From contig NC_092679.1 of assembly GCF_964355755.1 (NCBI RefSeq), positions 12,073,432-12,137,431 of the forward strand: a DNA stretch of 64,000 nucleotides, given 5' to 3'. The position numbers and the translations under genes were made by a program. The stretch comes from Antedon mediterranea (taxonomy: Eukaryota > Animalia > Echinodermata). Below the pieces are notes generated by a model. The model saw nothing but the letters and a program-made list of their open reading frames with translations. It was not told the origin of the DNA and did no database searches. This document shows positions 14,478 through 29,500 of the stretch, one piece after another. Position 1 is the first letter of the stretch; each line of letters opens with the position of its first letter.

Positions 14478-16173
14478 TTGCTATGGTTTTAAACCAGATG
14501 CTAAATATACCAAATTTGGATCCTGGGCCTTCAGATATTTATTGAATTTGTTGTTATTAATGTCAATTAATTATATACTGTAAATCATCTGTATAAACAT
14601 ACAATGACAAAATAAAGCAAACAAATATAAATGGCACCAATGCACAAGCACATATATTCTTCATTCTGGAAATACTGTATATACAAAATAGACCCTATAT
14701 AACATACAATAATCATATCACTTTGTGATTGTTTTGAAATGCAACCAATAGTAAGCACAGATTGAAACATGAGATAAAAAATATTCTTTCAACAGAATCT
14801 ACACACTTTTCAGATTGCTGCAGTTTTAAAATATTTCAAAAACTTCTTGCACTACCCTCTCTGTATCAAATCATATTTATTTATTTATATAACTATTACA
14901 GTATGTTTGCACTTGATTAAGAATACATGGTACTACGTGGGTTTAAGCTTAATCTTAAATTTAGTCATTCTCCTGCATTGATGCAACTATAGGCCCAGCC
15001 TGGATATGTTGGTCACCAGAAAGCCAACCCAGGCCCCAAAATTTATATTCAAGATACCTTATACAAGAGTCAGTACTCACTGTAATATAGTACAAGCATG
15101 AGCTACTGCTTTTATTGGATTGGAAGCAACTGCTCTTAAAGAAGCACCAAATATTTCATAATACTGTACAAAATGCCATGTTTGTCACAATAACAATAAA
15201 ATATATAACCACAATATAAAAAAAATGTAGGATAGTTTGTAAAGCAAGGCTTGTTGAAATTAAAATTATTATATTTGCTTGCTTTTTAAAATTTACCAAA
15301 ATGTATTAGTTTACTTTAATCGTACTGTTCTTGGCACCATTTAAACAATAACCTTTCCCATAGTCTGGCATAACATTAACAAGTATGTGGAGATACCGCT
15401 TTGCTACTTAATGTTACCGTTGATGATGTCATTATCGACGTAATGTTTGTAATCCTTACAAACGTACGAGTTATGCATAGTAAAAACCATGATAGTTAAT
15501 TGCTTACAAAATTATCTACAAACAGAACATATTGCATTAGAATATATTTCAACTCATCAAAATTGATAGAATAGTCAATAATTAATGTAAAATATCTTCA
15601 GATCAGTTATATAACTTAAAATATTATGTCCATAGTTCAGTTTATGTCTTAAAAAAATAAAAAAAATAATTACAAGATATTTACAAATCCTCCTTTAGTA
15701 CACTATTGAGTTTTGGATTAGGAGAATACTACCAACCTCATTACATAGGTTTGATTATAATGCAAACTTGTTTTCATCTGAACAATGCTTAATAAATTAA
15801 AAAAAACTTAGTGTTTTACTGTACATTGTAATGATAAAAATATTATTGAGATAAAGACTACAACATAATTGGCAGGTTTTAAAAGGCATTTTGTTTTCTT
15901 GAATAATAGCAGCAATCAAAGAATACCTGTACCTGAATTTAAACAGCACAAATTTCAATGAAATATGTATGTTCTTTTACTACAAAGAGACATAAGTTTG
16001 CAACAAATATTCCATAAATACTTAGTTGACACTAAGGGCCTATTTCCATTGAACAAGAGAATAAGTTTTTGAAACAATAGTTTCAAGAACAGTATTTTCT
16101 TGCCATGTAAAGCACTTATGATCTTTGGGAATGACGTTAATTTTTTTTTTAAACCATAAAAGAGAACTCATTT

Positions 16174-16340
16174 AAGGGTCCTTCACACTTGTTCCAGCAC
16201 GGTTCGGTGCCGACAAATCAAATGACAATTTTTCGTTTTAACATGGCTACTCACATGTTAATTGGTGCATAGCTGTGCAGAGAGTCATAAAAACAAAGCA
16301 TCAATGTTCGATTTGATTTGCCGGTGACATACCTGTCCCG
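16174..16340. mobile_element. Degenerate Harbinger-like MITE
   Basis: Imperfect TIR agggtccttcacacttgttcc / ggaacaggtgtgaaagcccct flanked by TWA. Confidence 0.5.
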
Positions 16341-17535
16341 GAACAGGTGTGAAAGCCCCTTTACACAGTGCCCTCACTGGCTTATTATTAAAACAAGAAT
16401 TGCAAAAAATAAAAATTATTTCACTTACAGAATATATGTAATTGTTTTTGGCGAATTAAAATATTCTTCATCATAACCTATTCAGGTTTGACCCTTTAAA
16501 CATTGGTGCTTTCAAACTCCCCCTTTCGGCAATACCTACACTTTCCGCTTCTGGTTCGCAATATTAAATTATTTTGATTTATAATAATCACAATAATTAA
16601 ATTATGGAAACTGAGTTGAAATTGTACTATTTGAAAATAAAGAATAACAACTTAAAACATTGACAATTAATCATTTAATTATAAATACTTTAAATGCCGT
16701 TGAAATGTGGAGCTAATGTTTACCAGATCATATAAATTATAATAAAATAAAATTACTAAGAATTTATGCCACAAACAAAACGTTGTTGAAATATATAAGC
16801 CCTGTGCAAAGGAACTTTACTTACTAAATTTTGTATTTACATAGTTAAAACATTTTAGTGATAAAAAAAGTTAATACATCGCAATGATCACATTATTTTA
16901 GCCAATTTTCACAACCACCATATTTCATTTGTTTTCATTAATCAAATGCAAATTTTAAGGTAAACAATTATCTATAAGAATATTAATTCATTTTCTGAAA
17001 ACAATTTGTGCTTTTAAAATTTCACGATATTGACAAATAAACAGTTTCAGTTTAAAAAGAAATATTATTGCAGATAAGCAAAATGGGCAGAAATGGCTTA
17101 TTCAATTCCTAGTAAGGTATACAATACAGTACTTATTTAAAAAGACATTCTAAAATTAGTTAAACATGAGTAATTGTAATATTTAAACAGTATGTACATA
17201 AATGTACAAATTGACAATGCTATTTTAAGTTCAAAATATCATGAGTAAACAACATTTTTGTACATATCACTATAACTGTAATACATCTATGAAACATAAC
17301 ATGCCATAAACAAACGATGCATGTATGTTTGTATGTATTCTGTAGGGATTTATTTAACAGGTTATTGACCACTATTCACATAAGTAAAAAAACCATTTTA
17401 CATAATATTATATAATACTTAATACAAAATATGGCCAAAAAATGCAGGCATTTATACAAGTCAGTTGCCTACCACAGAATACTATTATATGGAAGGCTTT
17501 CAGATGGCAAGGATATTTGCTGTTGGTTACTGGTG

Positions 17536-20500
17536 TCATAAGCCATCATTGCTATTTCTATCCGATGACTTGCGGTCTGATGATCCATTGGGTGTCGCAA
17601 CAGCAGTGGCAGCAGCAGCTGAAAAAAATTAAATGTAAGGTTAGAATTTCACGCTAGATAATTTGTGAAAGTGACATAAGCAGTGACACTGAATGTGTTT
17701 ACCTCATTTTTAGTAATAGCAACATAATTGTAACATTTTAAAAATTGTTTTGGTTGATTTAAGGTGCTTTCACATGCCCTGATTTGGATTGGTGCCCTGA
17801 GAAAAATATCGTGGAAAATAAATAAAAAGAATAAAATTGTATGATTTAAAATCGGATGATTTTTTTCTTTCGTACAATCAGCAGTGAGCATTAACTTGAC
17901 ATGCTTGACAACGAATAACTGAATTTGCGCTCGATGTGAAAGCACATATGCGATATTTTTCTCAGGGTGTCGGACCGAATCCGGGCCAGATGAAATATGA
18001 AAATGTAAATAACTTAAAAAGGGATTTCGACATTATCATATAAATAAAGGCTATGCTGCAGGATATATTTTACCCTTTTTTTTTTTAATGTTTACCTTTT
18101 ATTCAATCTTTGGCCAACAAATCGATAGGTTGACCACATAAGGTGAATAAATGTCACATACCTTTGTTTTCTCTCTCTTTCCTTCGTAACTTCTTTCTCC
18201 GTCTATCAATGCTTGCAACTTCACTTTTGAGGCTCATGTAAATTTTACGCATTTCATTTAACTGATGTTGAATAATGGATATTCTTTCTTCTGGATCGTG
18301 AATATTTGTCAAGTCTATAAGAAAATGGAAATATTTTATTTATTGTTTCTGGACCAGAGACAATTATTATTAGTGTTCTCTATTCTTCTCATAATATAAG
18401 TTATTCAGGGGCTGATTCAAGTGGGAGCCTAGGCAGCCCCAACCCCTTTCTCTTTAAATTTAAAAAATTAAATTAAACTTATTTAATTTAATTATTTGTA
18501 TGCCATGGCACAAACCCCATTTCAAAACCTTTGATCCGCCACTGTTACTCATACTTAAAAACAAATATTTCCATCCATAAAATATGGTATACGCAGCTAA
18601 GCTCTTATTAAGCAGTAACTGGCCAAAATAAAATTAAGACTTGACTATACTTGTAAAACAAAAAATGTAACTGAAAACAATGAAAGAACACTGAGAATGA
18701 ATTTTTAATGTTCTCTCTGTAATTTGTTGGTTGCTTCGTTACTTTACAACTATGAAATTGATGATGTCATCAATTTATTTATACAGTATGCTAATGAACT
18801 TACCAACTCTAAAGTTGTACTTTGGTGTGCGTCCAGATCTGATTATAGGCCTTCCATTGTGATCTGTCGGTGTTTTGGGGACTACCTTTTCTGCTCTTGT
18901 TTTGTTATCATTGTTTGAGGTATCATCAGTGTCACTACTACTGTGTCTTATTGGTTCTTTAATGTGGCGTTTCTTTTTTTCATCGTGGCTGGAATGTTTA
19001 TGACTCCGTTTCTTTCTCTTGCTTGGTGTATCACCTGAAATGGTACGACGCCGCTTCTTGGAACTACCTGATCGCTTCTCTTGGCTGGTGCCATTCAGAC
19101 TGTCTGCGCTAGTATTTGAACTGACACTAGCATCGCAATGTGGTGACCGATTGCCAATGGGTTGTACATCAGTCACACCCGCTACATCAATTAATCCATC
19201 ACTATCACTTCTATTGCTTGGTTCATCATGGTGAACTTCCATATTCACTGATTGGTCAGCAGGAGATGATGGGTTTGGAGGTGAATTTTCTGGGGTAGTT
19301 GGAGGTGTAAGTGACTTGCACTTCTCTTGAAAAGCAGTACTAGGGTTGTAAATGTCCATTAAGGCTGCTGCACCCTCTTCCTCTTTTGAACGTGGCACTG
19401 ACATCTTCTTATATTCTTTACTTTCATCCTTGTCTTTAAAATCAACATTTTCTGTTTCTTTTGATCTTCGTTCTGATATACTCTTCGACCGTCTTCGCTT
19501 CCTAGATTTCTTGCCTTCCGATTTGCTTTCTTTCTTTGGTTTTTCGTCAATTTCAATCTTGCAAGACGGTGTTTTCTCTTCTTGCATGTCCTGTACACTT
19601 TCCAGATTTTCCTGATAACCACTAGTTGATTCTAATACTACAGTTGTGATGTTTTCTAGCGACTTTTCAACATTGTGGTCTTTTTTCTCCTTTTTACCTT
19701 TTCCTTCCTTCTTCTTTTTAATTTTTCCTTCCTTTTTCTCTTTCTTCTTTTCTTTACCCTTTGGTGTTGCTATTTCAACTGGTACATCTATATGAGGTTG
19801 TTCTGATTGCTCTTCCTCAACCACAGGAACTTCATTTGCAATGTTCTCCTGTTTAATTTCAACGGTATCTTTCTCAGGTTCTTCCATTTCATCTTTGCTT
19901 TCCTCATAATTTTTGTTTACTTGCTCCTTTTCAACTTCATTTTCCTCTATCTGCACCTTAATGTCTTCACTTTCTTTTACAGGTTCCTCCTCTTGTTGTT
20001 GATCTGCATCTTTAACTTCTTCAGTCTTTTCTCCTTCATCTTTAACAGAGATTGAACTTTCACTTTCTGAATCTAAATTGTGTTTAAAACATAAAATATA
20101 ATATTGTACTATTTTATTGAAATGTGATTAGTGTTATAAATGGAAAGACATTAGCAGATTCTATCAATATAATCAAGGATGACTTTATTTTTAGATTAAG
20201 GTAAGCTCAACATTTTAAATGGTGAACATTTGTCATATATATATATTTCGCTATCTTTTATTCAACAACAAGTATATACATAAAACAATTCATGGCAGTA
20301 TAAACTGAATTGCGAACTGAGTAGTTAAAAACATTATACAAAATATACAGAATTAGACAAAATGAAGATTAATACAATACAATACAATATATCATTAATA
20401 CAATACAATATATCATAGGATAGGATATCTTTTGCAGAGTTCTCACCACATTTTCTGGCTGGGTCAGCCTGTTTGGGATTTAAAAAATAGGTTCCCGACT

Positions 20501-23500
20501 GGCACAATTTGTTATTTAATGAATAAACAATAAAACTATTTGTGTTGAATATGCCATTCTAATGTCACATACTTACTTACTTACTTGAAAAAAAATAGTT
20601 TAACCCTTTCACTGCGGAGCATTATTCCCACCTCTGAGCGTAATATATATTTAGGAAAAACATGATATTTTAATTAATTGCAAAAAAATACCAATTGAGA
20701 TAATTGTTTTTTTTCCTGGAAAAATTTTTAATGACTTGCAAAAATATTCAAGTCATCGAAAAAATACAGAGGGTGCTATATATTATAGGCAAATACGATT
20801 AAATCATTGTTTTGCCCATAACCGTTATTACCTGGTATACGTATTTCAACGACATCTGTTTATACCCGGTAGTACCGGGTATACGCAGTGAAAGGGTTAA
20901 AGAAAAAAATTGTGTCAGACAATGTAAATGGGTTATTTACATTACAAGTTTTATTATAAGTGTAATCAATATTTTTTTTTTCCTATGGGAAGTGAATTTC
21001 ATTAAAAGATCAAAATGGCCTATTCAAGTTCAATTGTATAAATCTTTATTATTCAGTATTTTCTGTAACAACTTACCATACTCTTGTTTCAGTTTAGTAT
21101 CAGAGTGTATTGAGGTTCTCCGTGTCCTTGGTTTGACTTAAACAAAAAATAAATAAACAAGATTTAATAATTAAATTTAAAATTTGTGTAACTAAAAATT
21201 AAAAAAAAAACACATCATAATTTAGAAACCAGAAAAACAATAATATTTAGTAATAGAAATAGAAAGAACATATTTACCATCAAGACCTGCTGCGAAGGGA
21301 GATTCACTCAAGCTATTTCGATCTGATCGACGAGTTCTTGTTAGCTTTGTTGATGAGACAGGTGAAGGAACTTTACGTGTTACACTATTGCTACGAGCGA
21401 CAGGAGTTGTGCTAGACTTTAATGAAGGTCGTCCTCGTTTGCCTGGAGTCTTTGGCCGTTCTACTTCGCTTTTCTCAGGTTGGTCCTCTTTTTCTACCTT
21501 ATCTGTATTGCTCGTTTCTAGTTCTTCTCTTGATCTGGTTACCTTTCCCTTTCCTTTACCCTTCTCATCCTTCTTTTCTCTTTTCTTGCTTTCTAAACTG
21601 TCCGCTATTTCCGAATCTTTCAATCTTAGTTGCTCGTCTTCCTTTTCTTTTTTCTCTAGTTCCAGTTTTTCTTTATCTTTCTTCTTTACCTCCTTTTCCT
21701 GTTTTTCACGTTCTTTTTCAAGTCTTTCGTTTTCTCGAATTTCCTTTTCATGTTTTTCTTTCTTTTCCTTTTCCATTTTTTCCTTCTCCTTTTTGATTCT
21801 TTCCTTTTCTAATCGCTCTTTTTCCTTTTCTTGCTTTTCTTTTTCCTTTTTGTCTTTTAATAGTTTTTCATGTTCTTTCTGTGTTCGCTCTTTCTCTTCT
21901 CGCTGTAATCTTTCTTTTTCTTCTTTTTCTTTCTTCTCTTTCTCCTTAAATTTTTTTTCTTTTTCTTTATCTTTATCTTGCTTCTGTTTTTTCCTCATTT
22001 TCACTCTGTCTTCCGAGCCAACTATTCGGTTGTTACCAATCCATTCGTCATGTCGTATATTCCACCCAACATAATGAACTCGATACATCTTTTGCCAGTG
22101 TGCTTCAACGTCAATTTCAATTATCTATACAAAAATTAAAAAATTATATTTAAATGTATTGAAGTAAATATATAAGATTGACTATAGTATAAAAATCAAT
22201 ACAAAAGTTATTATTTTATTAATTGTTCACATTCAAACATTTTAAAGCAACTGCGTAAATTTAAAAGAGATTGCACAAAACAGAAAAGAATGGAGAGAAA
22301 ATGTGTATTTAGACTTCTTGTCAAGTGACAAGGCTTTAAATAAGTCATTTATATTTCAAAGCTCAAATACAGTAGACACTACTTACTTTAGCTTCATAAA
22401 CTTTTTGTGTTCTTCCTCTACCATATAAAACTTTAATCTTCTCACCAAGTTGATAATCTGTATCAGTCTCGTGTATTTGGCTCAAACTACAAAAAAATGT
22501 AAATATTTGCTTACAATTTAATTTTAATAATGAATAGCAAGTTATAATTATGAACCATACATTTTGAAAAAAAGCTTCGACTCTGATACTAGATCTAAAA
22601 AGAGGTCTTTATTACAACTTTCTACACCAAGACACCTACACCTTTAAAATAAGGTTTTAAGCATGGTATAATAACAGTTGTTTGATGTAAATTGAAATTC
22701 AAAGAAAGGAAGGCTAAAAACCTTTTTAAAATACATTTTTGTACCTATTAATATATAATAAGCTAATGTAAAACATTGCTAGGTTAAAATGTACTGTCTA
22801 CAAAAAGTTTTCGGAAAAAAATAATTAAATAAATGAATTTTTTGCTTGAGTAAAATTTCAACTGTTAGGCTAAATTTATAAGGTAAATTATTAATAGAAT
22901 CCGAGTGTAATACCAACACCTAATTCATACATGGGAGAATACTTATTGATAATTTTTGTAAAGAAAAGTAATCTTGTGTTATTAAAATTTCTATTTCTTT
23001 TTGAAGATATAATATCTCCCTTTGTTTTTGTTGAATATGCCATTTTAATGTCGCATAATAATTTACTTTGACCAAAAACTGGATTTAAAAAAATTATTTA
23101 CATGAAAAAACTATAATTTAAGTCCAATTGGCTGAAAGAGAATGCAAGACAATGCTTGTGGTTGAATTTAACTGTTTACTGCTTTTTTATAAAAGTGATA
23201 ACATTTTTTTTTCCTACAGAAAAACTGCGAAATGGCCTATTCGAAGTATTTTTTTATTAATCCTTATTTTTCATGTTTTTGAGGGACAATAGGTTTAAAT
23301 AGGACAGTGGTTGACGCATATTTTTATTGCATACTTACTCTTCAGTCTCTGTGATTTGCTTTTCTTTTCCTTTCTTGCTACTGTCGCTTGCTTTACTCTT
23401 TACATTAATCTTTCCTTCAGTATCATCTTCTTTATCTAATTCCTCTTTCTTGATATCTTTTGCCTTTTGTTTTTCCTCTTTCTTGTTTTGTCTTTTGACA

Positions 23501-26500
23501 GGTTTCTCCTCTTCTTCTTCAAGTTCAGTAATTGTTACCTGTTAGAAAAAACATAAATTATCATTATAAATTCCCTCTTTTTCAACGTAATCAACAATTT
23601 CTTCTTTTTCGTTGGTAGGAAATAACCATTTGGTGGTCTTGCATTTTTCAAATTACATGCAATCCACAAATAATATGGATTCTTCATGACTGATCATGTT
23701 GCTTCGATAATGAATGCCATGCTAAAATTAAATGTAAAACTACAAATGAGCACAAACAGTAAGTTACAGTGCATGATTGAGAAGTATAGCTTAATATTCA
23801 TGTGTTCACACATTGCCATGCTTTGTACAAATATTGTCATGGCCATAATAAGGTTAAAGTAATGTAATTGTTAAAAACTAGCTAATGTTTTCTGGTTGGG
23901 GTTTGTGAATAAATAGGTACTTTTTAACCCTTATAATTCATTACTACCTTCACCAGAATGGCGAGAGGTTATGAGGTTAATCGGGTGTTTATTTCTTTCT
24001 ATATTTGTTAGCAGGATTATGCAAAAAGTTATTGCCCGATTTTCAACAAATTTTTGGTGATGGTTTCATAGATGGATTTTCATATGCTTAGGCGGAGGTT
24101 TGCGCTAGTCCTAGTTTAATTAGTAAAAGACACTGTAAATAAAATACATACCCTTCTTTTTAGCATCGGAGGTTCTCGCTCAGTATCACTTTCTCCATCT
24201 TCATCTATTGTTCTTGTAGTGCGTGGTCTTATAGGAGAAAGTGTTGGACGTTCAAATGATGAGCGTCTTCTAGTTGTACGAGTTAATGGGCCAGGTAAAC
24301 CAGGCCCCAGTTTTCTATTGTATTCTTCAAATGCATGTAGATATCTAAAACACAAGAAATGAATTCATTCTACATCCAATAAATCCCAAAACATAATCCA
24401 CATGTATTTTAAGAGGCACTATATGTCAACAAATAATTATTAGTCCTCTCTCCATGACGGTTGTCACATAATGCTTTGTATTATTTACCTCCGCCAAGGA
24501 GGTATATGTAATCGGTAGCGTGTGTTTGTTTGTTTGTTAGCAGGATTACTCAAAAAGTAATTACAAGATCTTTACCAAAATGAATAGACAGATAGATATG
24601 TGGTCAAGGACCATTCCATTAAATTTTGGGACCATTTGGGACCACAGTCCCAATTCTGGACCACTTTTTAGTATACTTTTTTAGACCTGCTAGTGTTAAA
24701 AGATAGGACAGAATTTTTCAAAAGCCGGCGAGCAGTCTTAAAGTAACAAGTAAACTGAAATTGCATTTTCTCAAGAACTACTTGTCCAAAAAACTTCATT
24801 TTTGAAGAAGAGGCAAGAGTTATAATTTGTGATTTGTAATTTTAAAACATAATTTGATTTAATGTGCACGTTTTTTTGATGCGAGTAGTTTAAAAAAACT
24901 ATTTCTTTTCAAATTCACTCGTTTGATTTTCGCGTTGCTGTTCTATTGTTAGTCAACTGAAGCTATTGTTAATTGAAAGGCTTGTTACATAACCATTACA
25001 CCAAACTCGCATACACATGCTTGTAATGAAATTAGCCTAAATCACAAACAGCATTAAGACACACACAAATATATATATATATATTTTTTTTTACCGGAGA
25101 AATCTTATGTAGGAGAATTTTACAGTAGGCGGAGGTATGCCCTCTCGGAGTGGCTTTCTAGTTTTTTATTGTATTTATAAGTTTCATATGGACAGTTTGT
25201 CTGAAATAAAGTTGAATTGATTGAATTGATTGATTGATAGCATTGTGGGCCTGTAAATCTGTAAGCTTTTAAGGCACAATACAACTGAGTGTATCTATCT
25301 TTGATTGATTAACATCGTATTACATTTCTGTTCACTATTGCGTATATTGAGTGATTCTCATGGTATCTCTCATTCACTATACGTAATATTTAGTCTTTTA
25401 GTTAACTTACTTCATATAAGATGCTTTAATGTTATGATGACTGGAAGAGTTGATAACTGGTATACCCATTTTGAATGAGATCTCGCGCCACTTCTGCTGA
25501 TCAGTAACTTTGCGAAATCCACCAAGATCTTGTACTAACTTGAATAGTTTGAACAGGTTTAAGTCTTGATATCCAAGCACAGGTGGTTTATTGATAGGTG
25601 TTCCTATTAACAAGCAAACATAATAGAAATACAATAGTCAAAACCATGTCAGTTTAGTTATTTGGGCATGAGGGCGTGTGGCGCAGGGTGTTGGACGTTG
25701 GACTACTGATCGTGAGACCGAGGTTCGAATCCAACTCTCGCCGCATTGCTTGTATCCTTTGGCAAGATACTTTACTTACGTTTGCCTCTCTCCACCCAGG
25801 TGTATAAATGGGTACCCGGTTAGATCAAAACACAACTTTGCACTGATTACTAGCTACATTATGGGAGTATGTGTCCATACGTGTTTGATCCGAAAAATGA
25901 CTGGGGTAATAATGTTCAGCGCTTAGAGAAGCTTGCTTGTAGAGCGCTATATAAGAATGAACTATTATTATTATTATTATTAAAACCATGTGTCAGCTTA
26001 GTTATTTGGCCTTTTGTCAAAACATAAATTGAAATATTCTCATTTTCATTATCCCAAAAAGTGTATGTATATGTAAACATTTTTATCAGATTTCAGAAAC
26101 TTTAATTCAAAGAGTAATCATTCAATAAATCCTTACTTGTAATTTATATTTTAAATCATTAACATTTATTTCCAGAAAGAATTATTTACAGATGCCTAGG
26201 TAAATCAAAGTGAAGAAATTACATTTTTAGAAAATTATGTACGGAGAATAGATTATTTAAATTCTGGAAAACAACAGTAGCCATTGCTAAAATCCTAAAT
26301 ACGCCTTGGATATGTGTACCTAGCATACAAGAAATTACTGGGTTGGCATTATATTTGCTTATATTTTTGCTTAAGCTGAAATATTTAAGAAGTGCTTAAG
26401 CAAATAACTTAATCTTATTTATCAAACCGTCTTAGCAATGTCTTAGCAGAAAAATTGTCTTAGGTAAATTTTACTTTGCACATGCGCAAAATTAAACTCT

Positions 26501-29500
26501 AGAGGGCAGCAAATTATGTCTTAAGACGAAAAATTCTTGCTTACGCATGCGTATTAGCTTTTTTCTCTTAGCGATGGCGGCGCTATAACATTTTTATCTC
26601 CGTATTTTCACTCCCAACAAGAGAGGGCGCATTCTGGCTACTATTGTTTTTATTACTTGAAATAGAGAAAGAGCACAACAGTCGGAAATACATACGAAAA
26701 TCATTCGCTCTAAACTTAAATCAAATCAACATTTATTTATTTTTATCAATGACAGCGACCCTTGGCAGCCGATACAGTTTTCTAAAAGCTAGTCAATTGG
26801 GTCGTACCTATCCCGAAAATATTAGTTTTGCTCGTCCAATTTCTAGGCCATCTTTATGAAGATCGATATCATTATTTTAGCGTCCGTAGTACAGCGTAAA
26901 ACGCACTAGCGTAGCCTTTCCGAATGTTCAATGTTCCGGCCTAGCGCGCTCGCGTTGTCAAAAAAGAATGTTTCTGTTGCAGAAATGAGATAAGACAAAA
27001 TTTTTCATCTTAAGGCAGGGTGTTGTTCGTCTTAGATTTAAGACAAAATTAAGCAAATTTTTTTGCTTAGATATATTGATAAATCTGACTTAGGCAAAAT
27101 CAAGGATTTAAGGCAAAGTTAAGACGATTTTTTTGCTAAGCAAGTTTGATAAATCCGGCCCCTGACCTCTTTCTTCCATGAATTTATATAAAGATGCTAG
27201 CCAGGCATCAGTTTCAACATCAAAGTCCTCATCACTTTCTTCATCACTATCTACTTCATCATCCGATTCAAATACAAAGTCCTCCTCCGTGATGACGCTA
27301 CTATCCCAGTTATTTGGCAGGTTACCAGTCTCAATGTATGATACTGCTTTACTAACAGCTAACATGAAACAAAACAAACAAAATGTTCATTAAAAAAAAA
27401 TTTTGCAACAACAATAAGTCAACTACTTAATTCAATTTTAAAAACTTGTGGCTGATTCAATTCAAACTCATTTAATATTCATTTCAGAAATTGAAGCATA
27501 TCAACTGTGCTGAAGCTGCAAAACTATGGGAGTACATTTCCATACGTGTTGGATCCAAAAATGACAGGGGTAATCATGTTAAGCACTTTATAGGCTTTGG
27601 GCATGAAGTGCTATATAAGAATGAAATATTGTTGTCACTATCAAGCTATAATAAGAATGACATATTGTTGTCATTATCAAGCTATAAGAATGACATATTG
27701 TTGTCATTATCAAGCTATAAGAATGACATATTGTTGTCATTATCAAGCTATAAGAATGACATATTGTTGTCATTATCAATTTTGTTGTAGAATAAGAAAA
27801 ATAAACCGTAGAACTGTACATATAAAATTACAACAGTGACAAACAAGGAAAAAAGAATAAATCTGTGGATTCTAGAATTAACATCGTAACAATTACTGAA
27901 TAACTTACCTGATTTTAGGGTGTTGTTATCACCTTTATACAAATGATCTTTTGTTGTGAAAGCTTTAGTATTGTTCTTTGCAATGTTGTATCTGAAATAA
28001 AGATAATAAGCAAAATATATGTTGGTCTGTTGAAATCTGACAGATTTCCGGAGAAAAATAACAAATTTTAGGAAAGGTAGGGAAATTAGTGATCGGAAAA
28101 ATCCTAACATTTTAAGGAGATTAGGACCTATATGATTATCCACAACTGTGCTGAGGCTGCAAAACCATGGGAGTATATAGCATGACATACTATTATATTA
28201 TCAATGTGCTGTGGAGCTCAACCTATCTCAGAAAATTCAAGAATTAGTAATGCAAGTACAGTAGAACCTTCGTTTTACGTACCCTGATTTTACATTCCCT
28301 GGATTTTACGTACGCTTAAAATAACCGATGACGTCATCATTTTCTTACATTGAGGGCGCAATTTAACAACAACAAAGCATAATAAAAATGGCTGTGTGAG
28401 GAATTCTGCTGTGTGAGACAAGCTACACACGTGCATTCCCCTACAGCAGCGACTGTTTTTATTGATAGAAAATACAAGAACATTGATATTTTAATTTACA
28501 CTTTATTTAAACATTGCACAGCCTGTATACTGTACTTTTTTAGTTAGGCCTCACATCTTGCTAGGCCTGCTAGCCTGGCCTGAATAGTCTAGGCAAGGCC
28601 TAGCTAGTGACCACCACCTGCATGCTGTAAATTAAAGTAGGCAAACACGGTAGCCTTTATACAGTAGCTACGATCTCTACATATTTGGGGTCAATTTAAG
28701 GTCAACCTTGATTTTACGAATCCTGTGTTTTACGTACGCCTTTCGGTCCCGTACCGTACGTAAAATGAAAGTTCTACTGTAAAATTAGGGAAACAAAAAG
28801 GGAAAATGCTCTTACATTTTGTTGTCTTTGAAGGACTTCAATATAAAGTGTTCTTTATTTTTCAAAACCTCTTTTGTTCTCTTTGGGTGAATAACCTAAA
28901 AAAAATAATACAAAAATAATAATCAACACATTGTTTACAGTATGAAAGATTAAACCTTATTAATAATTTCACTTCAAATTTGGCTTGTAATTTGAAATAT
29001 AAAACTTTAAAAATGTAATTAAAATCTTTTATTATCATAAAATTTTATTTTATCGAAGCAATACAAATTTGTTTCATTTATTATACTGTAATTGTGAAGC
29101 ATTAACACATTCTGAGAACTTACAAATACACCACACAAGTTCCTGGAAAATACTATACATTTGATTAAATGTTCTAAATTAATGACTGCTTCACAGAATT
29201 TTACAAAAGAAAAACAAAATAAATAATTTCTTCTACAACTTACCAGAGCTGGAAACCAACTGTTTTTCCTTTTTTCATTAATATCAACAATAACAACTTT
29301 CCCAACGTCCGCTGAGCCTCTGTCTCTAGTAGCAACGTTGGCAGTTCCTTTCCGTGAGCTGGGTGACACACCACTGTGCATTTGCTCTTCATCTATTTCA
29401 CTGTAAAGAATAACACACATTTTCAAATATGTCAGATCTCAGGTTTTCTTTAGGTTTGAAACATATTTTAAGCACCTTAATTTAATGGCTCAACATTCTA

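Noticed and set aside
21388-22074. Plus-strand Ser/Phe-rich ORFs (also 19019-20055, 23327, 27178)
   Set aside because: Antisense shadows of K/E-rich ARID4 exons.
27491-27839. Repetitive ORFs in several frames
   Set aside because: Products of the 33-bp tandem repeat.
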